A DNA stretch of 64,000 nt from Candidatus Kaelpia imicola (GTDB taxonomy: Bacteria > Omnitrophota > Gorgyraeia > Kaelpiales > Kaelpiaceae). The notes under the pieces are model-generated. The model had not been told where the DNA came from. It did not search any database and saw nothing but the letters and a program-made list of their open reading frames with translations. Position numbers and translations under genes: made by a program. Positions 48,352 to 59,148 of this stretch are shown here, piece by piece. Position 1 is the stretch's first letter, and the number at the start of each line of letters is the position of its first letter. The stretch spans positions 3,516 through 67,515 of the forward strand of contig JAVCCL010000019.1 of assembly GCA_030765505.1 (NCBI GenBank), in the 5' to 3' direction.

Positions 48352-50447
48352 AAGCCCTTCTTTCCTGGTTAAAGGATTTTGTCGATATAGATATATCTCC
48401 CCAGGAGCTTTCTGCCTCTCTTACCATGATAGGATTAGAGGTTACATCGGTAGAGAGAATAGAAGAGAATGACTACCTTCTTGATATAGAGGTGACTCCC
48501 AATAGGCCAGACTGTCTCTCTATCTTAGGTCTGGCACGTGAAGTTGGACTGGCTTTAGATAAAAAAATAGAACATCCTAGAATTGTATTCTTGCCCAGAA
48601 TATCGATTGCCTGTATAAAGGAGACAGGATTCGATATTACCATTGAAGACGGGGATGCCTGTCCTCGATATATCGGCAGAGTTCTCTTGGATGTTCGGGT
48701 TAGGCCGGCACCTGATTTTATTAAAGATAGACTGCAGAAAATGGGAGTGCGCTCTATCAACAATGTTGTAGATATAACCAACTATCTTTTGCTTGAATTA
48801 GGCCAGCCTATGCATGCTTTTGATTATGATAAAATTAAAGATCGTAAAATTATAATAAGAAGAGCCAGGAAGAACGAAAAGATCATAACTATAGATAAAG
48901 TAGAGAGAGAGTTAAGCCCAGAAGACCTTGTTATAGCTGATTCTAAACGGCCCGTTGCTCTTGCTGGAGTTATAGGAGGGCTGGAAACGGAAGTAACAGA
49001 GAAAACAAAAAATGTTCTTTTGGAGAGTGCGTATTTCAATCCGCTATTGATAAGAAGAACAGCTCAAAGGCATGGTCTGACGACAGACTCTTCTTACAGG
49101 TTCGAGAGAGGTGTAGATTTTGTTATGGTTGACTCTGCTTCTAAATGCGCTGTTGATTTAGTCTGTAAGCATGCATCAGATAGTCTGACCAAGTTGACTG
49201 TAGCAATAGATAAAACCAAGGACCTTATAAAGAAACAACTGCCTCTTTCGTCAAAAGTTGTACTGAAGTTTGAAGATATCGAGAAAAAAATCGGGACTCT
49301 TCCTTCTAGTTTCTGGATTCGTAAAAAAATTAAGAGTTTAGGTTGTGAACTATTGTCTATTTCAAAAGATATGATAAAGATAGGAGCTCCTATCTATAGA
49401 AGCGATTTAAACAGCAGTATAGACTACGTTGAAGAGATAGCGCGTATATACGGTTATAACAATATACCAGCCCAGGAACTTCCGGCTCTCAAAGTCTCTT
49501 CGGAGGAGGAGTTAAAAGAGTTCACCGGCGGCGGTTTTGAAAATAGAGTTAAAGACTACCTGGTGCGTGAGGGGCTGCATGAGACGATAAGCTATGCTCT
49601 CTTGTCTGAAGATGAAGCAGATAAGCTAGATTTTCCAAATATGATTTTTTTGGATAACCCCATAGTAAAGAGTTATTCCGTTCTAAGGCCTTCTATCATG
49701 CCTTCGCTTTTAAAGATAGCAGAGCATAATTTTAATCGTACGAATTATAATCTTGCCCTCTTTGAATTAGGTAAGGCCTATTCTTATTTTCAGCAGGAGC
49801 CTAAAGGGCCCAAGGAACCCAGAGAGGACAAGGCGGCAGCGATACTGCTTAGCGGTATTAAGTATCGAGATTGTTCTGGGCGGGAGTTAAAGTATACTTT
49901 TTTCGATCTTAAAACTATTATTGAAAGAATTTTGAATAATTTTGGTATCAGAGATTATGATATTATAATAGACCAAAACCGTCTTTATAACAACAGTTGC
50001 TCTGCAAAGATAATGCTTGGCAATTATAAAATTGCATCTCTCGGCAAAGCTTCTAAAGAGGCGAAAGATTATTATGGTTTAAAAAGGGAAGTCTATTTAG
50101 GTGAGATCATGCTGGATTTAGTAGAACACTCTAAAAGAGACGGCTCTATATATAGGGAGATATCTCAATACCCTGCTATTGAAAGAGATATATCTCTGGT
50201 ATTACCTAAGTCTGTAGCGGCTGCTGAAGTTCTGTCTAAAATTAAAGACAGAGACAGCTTGATACAAAACGTAGAAATAATAGATATATACGAAGGCAAG
50301 CAGATAGAACCGGGTAAAAAGAGTCTTGCAGTAAGAATCCAATTCCAATCTTTGGAAAGAACGCTGAAAGACGAAGAGGTTGATAGGATAGAGGCAGGTA
50401 TTAAAGGTGTTCTCTCTGAAGAGCTATCTTACCAGATACGTGAGTAA
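48348..50447 (+). CDS. pheT: Phenylalanine--tRNA ligase beta subunit (short, 699 aa; apparently lacks the N-terminal EMAP-type tRNA-binding domain)
   Basis: MKALLSWLKDFVDIDISPQELSASLTMIGLEV, B3/B4, B5 and C-terminal FDX-ACB-like regions. Confidence 0.9.
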   Translation: MKALLSWLKDFVDIDISPQELSASLTMIGLEVTSVERIEENDYLLDIEVTPNRPDCLSILGLAREVGLALDKKIEHPRIVFLPRISIACIKETGFDITIEDGDACPRYIGRVLLDVRVRPAPDFIKDRLQKMGVRSINNVVDITNYLLLELGQPMHAFDYDKIKDRKIIIRRARKNEKIITIDKVERELSPEDLVIADSKRPVALAGVIGGLETEVTEKTKNVLLESAYFNPLLIRRTAQRHGLTTDSSYRFERGVDFVMVDSASKCAVDLVCKHASDSLTKLTVAIDKTKDLIKKQLPLSSKVVLKFEDIEKKIGTLPSSFWIRKKIKSLGCELLSISKDMIKIGAPIYRSDLNSSIDYVEEIARIYGYNNIPAQELPALKVSSEEELKEFTGGGFENRVKDYLVREGLHETISYALLSEDEADKLDFPNMIFLDNPIVKSYSVLRPSIMPSLLKIAEHNFNRTNYNLALFELGKAYSYFQQEPKGPKEPREDKAAAILLSGIKYRDCSGRELKYTFFDLKTIIERILNNFGIRDYDIIIDQNRLYNNSCSAKIMLGNYKIASLGKASKEAKDYYGLKREVYLGEIMLDLVEHSKRDGSIYREISQYPAIERDISLVLPKSVAAAEVLSKIKDRDSLIQNVEIIDIYEGKQIEPGKKSLAVRIQFQSLERTLKDEEVDRIEAGIKGVLSEELSYQIRE

Positions 50448-50475
50448 TTCCAAAAGTTTACTATGAAGCTGTATT

Positions 50476-51783
50476 ATGGCTACCCTGTTTAAGAAAGAGA
50501 TAGAGAGCAGGTTAACCCTGGCTTCTCGAATGAGGCCAAGGAATCTCTCTGAATTTGTCGGCCAGGAGCATATTTTATCAGAAGGAAAGATCTTAAAGAG
50601 AGCTATTGATGCTGACAAGATAAGCTCTCTTATTCTTTATGGTCCGCCGGGAATAGGCAAGACTGCTCTGGCTTTGATAATTCAAAATAGAACAGATTCT
50701 TATTTTAAACGTCTCAATGCCGTTACCTCTAATGTTAAAGAGTTACGGCAGGTAATAAAGGAAGCCGATTTTAAGTATAATCAAAATAATAAAAAGACTC
50801 TGCTCTTTATTGACGAGATCCATCGTTTCAACAGATCTCAGCAGGATGTTCTTTTACCGGACATAGAAGCCGGTAATCCTATTCTTATCGGAGCAACAAC
50901 TCATAATCCTTTCTTTGCTCTTACAGCTCCTCTTATATCCCGCTCATTGGTCTGTGAGTTTAAGACTCTATCCGTAGCTGAGATTGTGAAGATATTAGAG
51001 GCTGCTCTCTCTGATAAAGAGAGAGGCCTGGGCAGTTTAAAGTTAAAAGTAGCTGAGGAAGTGCTAACTTTCTTTGCTCAAGTTGTAGACGGAGATGGAC
51101 GCCGTGCGCTCAATGCCCTTGAAATTGCTGCTTTAACTACAGAAGAGAATAAAGAAGGCTGGATAAACATAGACCTTAAAATTGCTCAGGATTCAATTCA
51201 AAAAAAGGCTTTGCTCTATGATTCTGGAGAGGATAACCATTATGATACAATCTCTGCTTTTATAAAATCTATTCGCGGCAGCTCTCCGGATGCTGCTGTA
51301 TACTGGTTGGCAAAGATGATATATGCCGGAGAAGATCCCCGTTTTATTGCCCGGAGACTTTTAGTAGCCGCTTCTGAAGATATAGGCAATGCTGATCCCC
51401 AGGCTCTATCTGTTGCCCAGGCTGCAGCTTATGCTGTTGAGTATCTCGGTATGCCTGAAGCTAGAATATCTTTAGCTCAGGCTACAACCTATCTTGCATC
51501 CGCCCCCAAATCAAACGCATCTTATATTGCAATAGAGAAGGCTCTTGAAGATATTGAAGGAGGCAGAGTACTGGAAGTCCCGAACCACTTAAAGGATAGC
51601 CATTATAAGGGTGCGGAAAGACTGGGCCATGGCAAAGATTATAAGTATTCTCATTCCTATAAAGATAGCCGGGTTGAGCAAAACTATCTTCCCGGGGATA
51701 TTAGCTATTATCTTCCTAAAGATATTGGTTACGAGAGAAAGATTAAAGAATTTTTAGACCATTTGCAAAGCTTAAAAGGATAG
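50476..51783 (+). CDS. rarA: Replication-associated recombination protein A (AAA+ ATPase RarA/MgsA)
   Basis: LILYGPPGIGKTALALII Walker A, FIDEIHRFN Walker B/sensor, and the C-terminal MgsA_C region (PNHLKDSHYKGAE...). Confidence 0.9.
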   Translation: MATLFKKEIESRLTLASRMRPRNLSEFVGQEHILSEGKILKRAIDADKISSLILYGPPGIGKTALALIIQNRTDSYFKRLNAVTSNVKELRQVIKEADFKYNQNNKKTLLFIDEIHRFNRSQQDVLLPDIEAGNPILIGATTHNPFFALTAPLISRSLVCEFKTLSVAEIVKILEAALSDKERGLGSLKLKVAEEVLTFFAQVVDGDGRRALNALEIAALTTEENKEGWINIDLKIAQDSIQKKALLYDSGEDNHYDTISAFIKSIRGSSPDAAVYWLAKMIYAGEDPRFIARRLLVAASEDIGNADPQALSVAQAAAYAVEYLGMPEARISLAQATTYLASAPKSNASYIAIEKALEDIEGGRVLEVPNHLKDSHYKGAERLGHGKDYKYSHSYKDSRVEQNYLPGDISYYLPKDIGYERKIKEFLDHLQSLKG

Positions 51784-51790
51784 TCGGCAA

Positions 51791-52411
51791 TTATTTGATA
51801 GTTACTGCAGAGAGTATCAGCTCTTTATCGCTCAATATCTTTTCTATGAATTTTTCGACCACTTCCCGCAAGGCTTCTGCAGTCTCACTTCCTGAGCTCC
51901 GGGCTTCGTGAGAAGAATATTTGCGCTCCATCTTAGCACTCTCTTTATAGCGGCATATTTCAGTGTTGTCTTTTGCATTAAGGATAATGAATGTAATTGC
52001 CGCTTCACCCTTCCCGGCTCCGGACTTAATGCCTATATCATGTATATACTTTACATAGGGCAGTTTTGCGGTTGGTGCAACCGATGATTTCCAGTAAAAA
52101 GAGTTTATCTCTCCTCTGATTACTATATCCACGTTATCTAGCTGATAAGTTATTCTAATAGAATCAAAGAGCTCTGCATCTCTTAAGTCTTTTGTAATCA
52201 GCACAGTAAGCTCTTTGTTAAGATTAGAGAGTCTCTCTATATGCTCTCTCTCTTCTTCAGTCCTTAAGTCTTGGAACAAATCCATTCCAGCTTTAAGAGC
52301 AATATTGCCTTTGGGGAATATAGGATGGTGAGTATACATTGTGACGATCTGCGGTTTTGATGCGCAACCGAGAGAGAGAGTTAATAGAATTAAAAAAAGG
52401 TATTTCTTCAT
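51791..52411 (-). CDS. Hypothetical lipoprotein
   Basis: Lipobox MKKYLFLILLTLSLGCAS. No recognisable domain. Convergent with rarA, 7-nt gap. Confidence 0.5.
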   Translation of the reverse strand: MKKYLFLILLTLSLGCASKPQIVTMYTHHPIFPKGNIALKAGMDLFQDLRTEEEREHIERLSNLNKELTVLITKDLRDAELFDSIRITYQLDNVDIVIRGEINSFYWKSSVAPTAKLPYVKYIHDIGIKSGAGKGEAAITFIILNAKDNTEICRYKESAKMERKYSSHEARSSGSETAEALREVVEKFIEKILSDKELILSAVTIK

Positions 52412-52516
52412 AGAAGCATTTTAGCTTATAGCAATAGATAGGTAAATATATTTTTAGGAAAAAAGCTACCTTTTGTTATAATTACAATTCATTTTATTTT
52501 TATATTCAGCCCATAA

Positions 52517-53092
52517 ATGTTACAATATTTTATTATGACCAAAAGAGAAATATCTTTAGATTATGCACATAGACTTTTAAACCATGGTTGCGTTATTCTT
52601 GTGACATCTCATTTTAGAGGCATTAATAATATCGTTACTCTATCTTGGCAGATGCCTCTATCGTCTAAACCGAGACTCTTTGCTCTCTCTGTCTCTAGAA
52701 AGCATTTTTCAAATAAGTTAATAAAAAGAAGTAAAGAATTAACCATTAACGTACCTGGAAGAAATCTGATTAAGGAGGTTCATTTCTGCGGTTCTTATAC
52801 AGGTAAAAGAGTTAATAAGTTTGATAAAACAGGGCTTACTCCAACAGCCGCAGATTTTATTGCAGCACCTCTTATTGAGGAGTGTTTTGCCAATATCGAG
52901 TGTAAGGTATGCAATATGTATAATGTAGGTGACCATACTCTCTTTATAGCAGAGGCTTTGCGAGCTTCGGCCGACCCTAAATGGTTTGATGGAAGATTCC
53001 TGAAACTGGATGATAAAGGTATGGAAACATTGCATCACCTGGGAGAAGATCGCTATATGATATCCGGGACTGTTATAAGGGCAAGGCGGTAG
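52517..53092 (+). CDS. Flavin reductase-like (FMN-binding split-barrel) protein
   Basis: HRLLNHGCVILVTSHFRGINNIVTLSWQMPLS fits the flavin-reductase-like domain pattern. 191 aa. Confidence 0.6.
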   Translation: MLQYFIMTKREISLDYAHRLLNHGCVILVTSHFRGINNIVTLSWQMPLSSKPRLFALSVSRKHFSNKLIKRSKELTINVPGRNLIKEVHFCGSYTGKRVNKFDKTGLTPTAADFIAAPLIEECFANIECKVCNMYNVGDHTLFIAEALRASADPKWFDGRFLKLDDKGMETLHHLGEDRYMISGTVIRARR

Positions 53093-53093
53093 A

Positions 53094-53711
53094 GTGATTA
53101 ACAGAAGGGATGATATCAAAGCTGTTATTTTTGATCTCGGCAATGTAATTGTCTATTTTGACCATATGATAGCAGCTAAGAAAATATCTGAATTTTGTTC
53201 TAAGAGCCCGGAAAGTATATACAGTATGTTTTTCTCCTCTGCTTTAGCTGAGAGTTTTGACAGCGGAATTATAGGAGAGGGGGATTTTTTTGAAGAGGTA
53301 AAAAAGGTGCTGGGAATTGACGACAGATTGAATCAGGAGGATTTCTACGAAATTTGGAATGATATCTTTTGGATAAACGAATCTATTATCGAAATCATCA
53401 AAGAGACCAAGAGGCTTTATGGAGAGTTTTCGATAATATCCAACATCAATAAACCCCATTTTGAATATATTTGGCAAAAATTTGGACTGGTAAGAGAAGC
53501 CAGCAAGGTGGTTTTATCATATGAAGAAGGGGTCTTGAAACCCAATAAACGGATATATAAATGTGCCCTTGATCTAATAGGACATCTTGCACCCGATGTT
53601 TTCTATACAGATGACAGGATAGAGTTAGTAACTGCTGCTGAAGAGATGGGTTTTAAAGCGGTACAGTTCAATGATGCGGTAAGTTTGAAGCAGCATCTTT
53701 TTAAGTCCTGA
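53094..53711 (+). CDS. HAD-superfamily hydrolase (subfamily IA-like)
   Basis: Motif I IKAVIFDLGNVIV (DxG), and the downstream ...ISNINKP... and ...FYTDDR... motif positions. Confidence 0.7.
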   Translation: MINRRDDIKAVIFDLGNVIVYFDHMIAAKKISEFCSKSPESIYSMFFSSALAESFDSGIIGEGDFFEEVKKVLGIDDRLNQEDFYEIWNDIFWINESIIEIIKETKRLYGEFSIISNINKPHFEYIWQKFGLVREASKVVLSYEEGVLKPNKRIYKCALDLIGHLAPDVFYTDDRIELVTAAEEMGFKAVQFNDAVSLKQHLFKS

Positions 53712-53810
53712 TTTTAATCAAACATCATTAAATCAGAGGTTCTGTTTTCAGTATGATGGATTTTAACTTCAACTGGTTTTAAATAATCGTTTAAGGTATA
53801 CTGTTTCTCT

Positions 53811-54032
53811 GTGAAGATAAATGTTAAAATCACCCCTAATGCCAAGAAATTTGGCATAATAGAAGAGCAGGGTGTTATAAAAGTTAAAGTTAATACTCCA
53901 GCCAAAGAGGGCAGGGCTAACAAGAGTTTGGTCAAGATGCTTGCAGATTATTTTTCGGTGCCGAAGTCTAGAGTCAAAATATTAAAAGGCGAAAATTCGC
54001 GGAATAAAGTTATTAATATAATAAAGGAATAA
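53811..54032 (+). CDS. DUF167 (YggU-family) protein
   Basis: VKITPNAKKFGIIEEQGVIKVKVNTPAKEGRANKSLVKMLADYFSVPKSRVKILKGENSRNKV fits the DUF167 consensus. An alternative GTG start lies about 6 nt upstream. Confidence 0.6.
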   Translation: MKINVKITPNAKKFGIIEEQGVIKVKVNTPAKEGRANKSLVKMLADYFSVPKSRVKILKGENSRNKVINIIKE

Positions 54033-54033
54033 T

Positions 54034-54804
54034 ATGATTGCTTTGCTGACCGATTTCGGGTTTAAAGATGAGTATGCTGGAGTTATAAAAGGGGTGATAT
54101 GTTCAATCAACCCCAGGGTAAAAATAATAGATCTCTGCCACGAGATTCCGGCTCAGGATATTCTCTGGGCAGCTCTGCTTATTTATAAGTCCTGTTCTTT
54201 CTTTCCTGCAAAAACAATCTTTCTCTGTATAGTTGATCCAGCAGTAGGCTCTAAGAGAGATATTGTTATTGTAAAAAAAGATAGCCGTTATTTTATTGCT
54301 CCCGACAACGGCCTCTTAAGTTTTATTGTTGGGGAGACAAGGGGTCTAGAGATTATTAAGGTTAATCCTGATGAGATTCAGCTTCAGCCCTTGAGTTCGA
54401 CTTTTCACGGCCGTGACATCTTTGCGCCTTTGGCAGCTCATTTGAGTATAGATAATAATATTTCAAGATTTGGTGCGGCTGTAGAGAGCATAAAACTAAT
54501 AGAGTTTCCTCAGCCAGAGATTACAGACGGTAAGATAATAGCCATGGTAATACAGATTGATAGGTTCGGTAATTTAACAACCAATTTAGAGAGAGATGTT
54601 TTTGAAAAGTTAGGCTGGAAAAATTTAGAGATTCAATTAAGAGATAGTATAATCAGAGAGATATCCAATTGTTATGAGAAGAAGAGAGACTCTATTGCAA
54701 TATGGGGTTCCAGAGGTTTATTAGAGATAGCGGTACCTGATAATAGTGCTGCAGATATTCTGGGTTTAAATAGAGGCAGCATTGTTATTATAAAACGAAA
54801 ATAA
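54034..54804 (+). CDS. S-adenosyl-L-methionine hydroxide adenosyltransferase family protein (DUF62; fluorinase/chlorinase superfamily)
   Basis: MIALLTDFGFKDEYAGVIKGVI...IDLCHEIPAQDI...VDPAVGS...FHGRDIFAP are hallmark motifs of the SAM hydroxide adenosyltransferase fold. Confidence 0.75.
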   Translation: MIALLTDFGFKDEYAGVIKGVICSINPRVKIIDLCHEIPAQDILWAALLIYKSCSFFPAKTIFLCIVDPAVGSKRDIVIVKKDSRYFIAPDNGLLSFIVGETRGLEIIKVNPDEIQLQPLSSTFHGRDIFAPLAAHLSIDNNISRFGAAVESIKLIEFPQPEITDGKIIAMVIQIDRFGNLTTNLERDVFEKLGWKNLEIQLRDSIIREISNCYEKKRDSIAIWGSRGLLEIAVPDNSAADILGLNRGSIVIIKRK

Positions 54805-54805
54805 G

Positions 54806-56221
54806 ATGAAAAGATTAACGGCAGTTGTTTTCTTTTTAATTTTAACAAGCAGCGTCTTATATGCAGAGAGCCTATATTCTGCATCCTGGGCCTTAAAAAG
54901 CCTATTAGAGCACTATTGCCAGAATGTAAGTCTCTATGCTCTTGAAAATCAGCTTCAGAGAGAGAGTCATACCCTCTCTCTAGAGGAGAGCATTATAAAG
55001 GTTGCCAGGAAGAACGGTGTATACTTAGGTAGATTTTATTTAAAATATGCAGAGAGAGATTTTTCTAAAGTAGCTGAGCCCTTTATTGCACCCCTAAAAG
55101 GCGGTTACTATTTTATATATCCTGAAATTGACAGAGTAAGGCTTATCTCTGCAAAAAGTACGGAGACATTATCAAAAGAGAACTTTTTAAAAATCTGGGA
55201 TGGTGAGATATTCAGTATTCCGCTGCCGGGAGTGATGCTGCAGCGAAATAGGCCTAAAGATTTGAAACAGAAAATAGTCTTTGTCTACTCTTATCATAAA
55301 GAGGAGTTCTATCTTTTTAGGCAGCTTTTTGATGATTTATATCAAGAAGCGTTGAGATATTCTTCACCTCTTTTATATATTGATGAGCTGGGTTTAATTC
55401 CCAAAGAGTCTATAGAAAAGGTGATTGCAGATAGAGGATTGACAGAGAAAGAGGCTTTCAATGAAACCAGAGAGGCTCTTTTGAATGAGCTTAAATTGAT
55501 AGAGAACGGCAGAAGTATCTATGATTCTACAGAGTTTTATCATGAAATATATAATTACTTTGCCAAATTAAGTTTAAGAATAGAGATAGAGGAATTGCAG
55601 TATGAGAATTGGAAGGCCATAGTTGCTTTTGATGATTTGAACTTAAATCAGCTTGCAGTTACTCTCTTCTGTAGAGGAAATATAGAGAGATATCTGGATA
55701 TTATAGAGCAGTACAATGAAGGTTTCTGGCAATATAATGTAATAATCAGAGATAGATTTTTTTTGAATCAGATAGAGAGAATTGCAGAGGAGAACCCTCA
55801 AAGTACGATATTTACTCTTAGAGGTTTAGGCCACTTTGGTATTGATGAGAAAATAGATTTAACAGATTTTGCAGTAGAGGTAGCTATTATAGGAGAGGGC
55901 GAATTTTATAGATTATTAGTTCCGGATCAGTTGATTCAGATTTTAAAAAGAAATGAAGTTACGTTGAGTCCAAAGATTGAAGAGCAATATTACCTCAGAG
56001 CTTTTCTTACTGAGTGTCTTAGAAATTATTATCAGAATAAGTTAAATTTTAAAATATCAACGGCTACTCTTAAGGCCAATAGAGGTCTATCTTTACTCTC
56101 AGATATTGCTATATACAGGTTGGCCCGCGATATAGAACATGCCATAGCAGAGGGCAGGCTAAGGACTACAGAATCTGTTTATGATTATGTTTACGCTTGG
56201 GTGGAGAAAAGAGATCGTTGA
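54806..56221 (+). CDS. Secreted hypothetical protein (471 aa)
   Basis: Signal peptide MKRLTAVVFFLILTSSVLYA. No confidently recognisable domain (weak papain/C39-like impression in the N-terminal region only). Confidence 0.45.
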   Translation: MKRLTAVVFFLILTSSVLYAESLYSASWALKSLLEHYCQNVSLYALENQLQRESHTLSLEESIIKVARKNGVYLGRFYLKYAERDFSKVAEPFIAPLKGGYYFIYPEIDRVRLISAKSTETLSKENFLKIWDGEIFSIPLPGVMLQRNRPKDLKQKIVFVYSYHKEEFYLFRQLFDDLYQEALRYSSPLLYIDELGLIPKESIEKVIADRGLTEKEAFNETREALLNELKLIENGRSIYDSTEFYHEIYNYFAKLSLRIEIEELQYENWKAIVAFDDLNLNQLAVTLFCRGNIERYLDIIEQYNEGFWQYNVIIRDRFFLNQIERIAEENPQSTIFTLRGLGHFGIDEKIDLTDFAVEVAIIGEGEFYRLLVPDQLIQILKRNEVTLSPKIEEQYYLRAFLTECLRNYYQNKLNFKISTATLKANRGLSLLSDIAIYRLARDIEHAIAEGRLRTTESVYDYVYAWVEKRDR

Positions 56222-56282
56222 ACCTTGATCTTCTCTTTAGATTTGGAGATAAAGAGAGCCAATAAAAAATTTTAGCTCCCCT

Positions 56283-59095
56283 ATGAACAAAAATAAATCT
56301 TTTGATAAAATTCTTATTTTTGGGGCCAAGATGCATAACCTCAAAAATATAGACCTCTCTCTACCGCGGAACTCTTTTATTGTCTTTACGGGTTTGAGCG
56401 GGTCCGGGAAATCTTCTCTTGCTTTTGATACTATCTATGCAGAGGGCCAGAGAAAGTTTGTTGAGAGTTTAACCGCTTATGCCAGGCAGTTCTTAGAGCA
56501 GCTTAGTAAGCCGGACGTTGATAGGATAGAAGGTCTCTCTCCCACGATATCTATTGAACAGAAAACTGCCAGAGGTAATCCGCGCTCTACTGTCGGAACC
56601 CAGACGGAGATCTCTGATTATCTTCGGCTTCTCTTTGCCCGAGTCGGCGATGTGCATTGTTATAAATGCGGACAGTTAATCCAGCAGCAGAGCGCTCAGG
56701 AGATAATAGAGAAGGTACTCTCTTTAAAAGCTGGTGGAATGTTAAAACTTTTTGCCCCGCTCCTTAGAGGTAGAAAAGGAGAACATGCCTCGCTCTTTAG
56801 AAAGCTAAAGAAGGAAGGGTTCATTAAGGTTAAAGTCGATAATGTTCTTTATGATTTAGAGAACCTACCTCGGTTAGAGAAGAATAAAAAACATACTATA
56901 GAACTATTAATAGATAGGTTTACTCTTAGCGCAGATAGCAGAGAGAGATTGATAGACTCTGTTGAATTGACTTTAGAGTATGGAGGGGGGCTATGTTCGG
57001 TAGAATATAGACTGGGAAGGGAAAAAAAGAGAGAGCTCTTCAGCCGACATTTTGTCTGTACCAAATGTAATATAAGCTATGAAGAAGTGGAGCCCAGGAA
57101 CTTCTCTTTCAACAGCCCTTATGGAGCTTGCAGCACCTGCTTGGGGTTAGGTACTAAATTAGAGGTTGATCTTGATCTGGTAGTGCCGGATAAGAATAAG
57201 AGCATACTAGAGGGAGCTATTGAACCCTGGAAAAAAGGCGGCCGGGGCTACATGTTGTATTACAGAAGATTGCTGCGTGCTTTGGCGGAATGTTATGAAT
57301 TTAGCCTGAATACACCTTTTAAAAGATTATCCAAGAGAATCCAAGATATTATTCTTTATGGCAGTGAAGAGTACATTTATAACAGAAAATATGAGGGAGT
57401 TATACCCCATGTAGAGAGACTGTTTAATACAACAGAGAGTCCTTATTTAAAAGAAGAGCTCTCTAAATATTTAAGCAGCTTGCCTTGCCCGGTTTGTGAA
57501 GGCAGAAGGTTAAAAAAAGAGAGCCTGGCTGTAAAGATAGGCAACCTCTCTATATCTGATCTCTCAGACCGTTCTGTTAAAGATGCTATAGATTTTTTTT
57601 CACAGATAAAATTTGGCTCTATGAAGACTGAGATATCTCAAGGCATAATTAGAGAGATTCTGAGAAGACTCCGCTATTTAAGTGATGTTGGATTGGACTA
57701 TCTCACGCTTAATAGAAGGAGCAATACACTCTCAGGGGGTGAATCTCAGAGAATAAGGCTGGCTACTCAGATAGGTTCAGGTTTAGTAGGGGTCAGCTAT
57801 ATCCTTGATGAACCTACAATAGGGCTCCACCCTTGTGATACCGGCAGACTTTTGAAGATATTGCGTAAGCTTAGAGATATAGGCAATACTGTGATTGTTG
57901 TAGAGCATGATGAGCAGATAATTAAGAGTTCTGATTACATTGTTGATCTTGGTCCGGGTGCCGGCAAGAATGGCGGTGAGGTTGTTTATCAGGGGAATTT
58001 AAGAGGGCTTCTTGAGTCTAGAAAATCTTTAACCGCTAAATATCTAAGCGGTAATTTACAGATTGAGATTCCTCAAAAAAGAAGAGATTATAAAGATAAA
58101 CCTTTTATCAAAATCATGGCCGCAGAAGAGCACAACCTTAAGAGTATAGATATTAAGATATTTCTGGGTCTTTTTGTCTGCGTTAGCGGAGTCTCTGGTT
58201 CCGGAAAGAGCACGCTTGTCAATGAGATACTCTACAGAGTTTTGAGCCGCAAGCTCTACCGGAGCAGATTGAAGCCGGGTAAACATAGAGCAATAGAGGG
58301 TCTGGATAATGTTGATAAAGTTATCGTTGTCGATCAGCTGCCCATAGGACGTACACCCCGCTCTAATCCAGCAACCTATACAGGACTCTTTGCTCCGATA
58401 AGAGAGTTCTTGCTCTCTTACCGGAATCAAAGATGAGAGGCTATAAGCTGGGCAGGTTTAGTTTTAATGTCAAAGGTGGCCGCTGCGAAGCCTGCAGAGG
58501 AGATGGTGTAAAAAAGATAGAGATGCATTTTTTACCAGAGATATATGTTCCCTGTGATTTATGTAAAGGCAGGAGATATAATGAGCAGACTCTGGATATA
58601 AAATATAAAGGAAAGAATATTGCAGAGATATTAGACTTGACCGTTGAAGAGGCTATAGAGCTCTTTAAAGAGATTCCCAAAGTATATTCAAAATTAAATC
58701 TCTTAAAAGATGTTGGCCTTGGCTATATTCATCTCGGTCAGCCCGCTACTACATTATCCGGAGGAGAAGCGCAAAGAATAAAATTAAGCACAGAACTCTC
58801 TAAACGTGGGACGGGTAAGACACTCTATCTTCTGGATGAACCCACTACGGGTTTGCATTTCTCCGACATCGAAAAACTCTTAACTGTGTTGCAGAGGTTG
58901 GTTGATAATGGGAATACAGTCCTCGTTATAGAACATAATTTAGATGTTATAAAATCCGCAGATTATATTATTGACCTGGGTCCGGGAGGAGGAGATGATG
59001 GAGGCGATCTGATTACAACAGGAAGCCCGGAGGAGGTTGCAAAATGCGGAAGATCCCGAACAGGATTATTTTTAAAAGAGATATTGAGAAGATAA
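56283..59095 (+). pseudogene. uvrA: Excinuclease ABC subunit A, interrupted by a -1 frameshift near 58405-58415 (two ORFs, 56283..58436 and 58433..59095)
   Basis: The two track ORFs are in different frames and together make a complete UvrA (717 + 220 = 937 aa). Frame 1 ends ...[20 protein letters not shown]. Frame 2 reads ...[33 protein letters not shown] across the junction, matching the UvrA consensus [30 protein letters not shown]. This implies one missing base (for example ttcttgGctctc). Confidence 0.75.
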
Positions 59096-59148
59096 ATTCG
59101 GAATGTTATTATGAGTCATAGGAATTACTTTAGCTATTAATTTATAAA

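Noticed and set aside
52739-53143. 134-aa minus-strand ORF overlapping the flavin-reductase-like and HAD genes
   Set aside because: Antisense to two plus-strand genes with recognisable motifs. Considered spurious.
58433-59095. Second uvrA ORF as an independent ABC-ATPase gene
   Set aside because: It is the exact C-terminal continuation of UvrA (second ABC signature, LSGGE, Walker B), and the upstream ORF lacks this region. One gene with a frameshift is the simpler reading.
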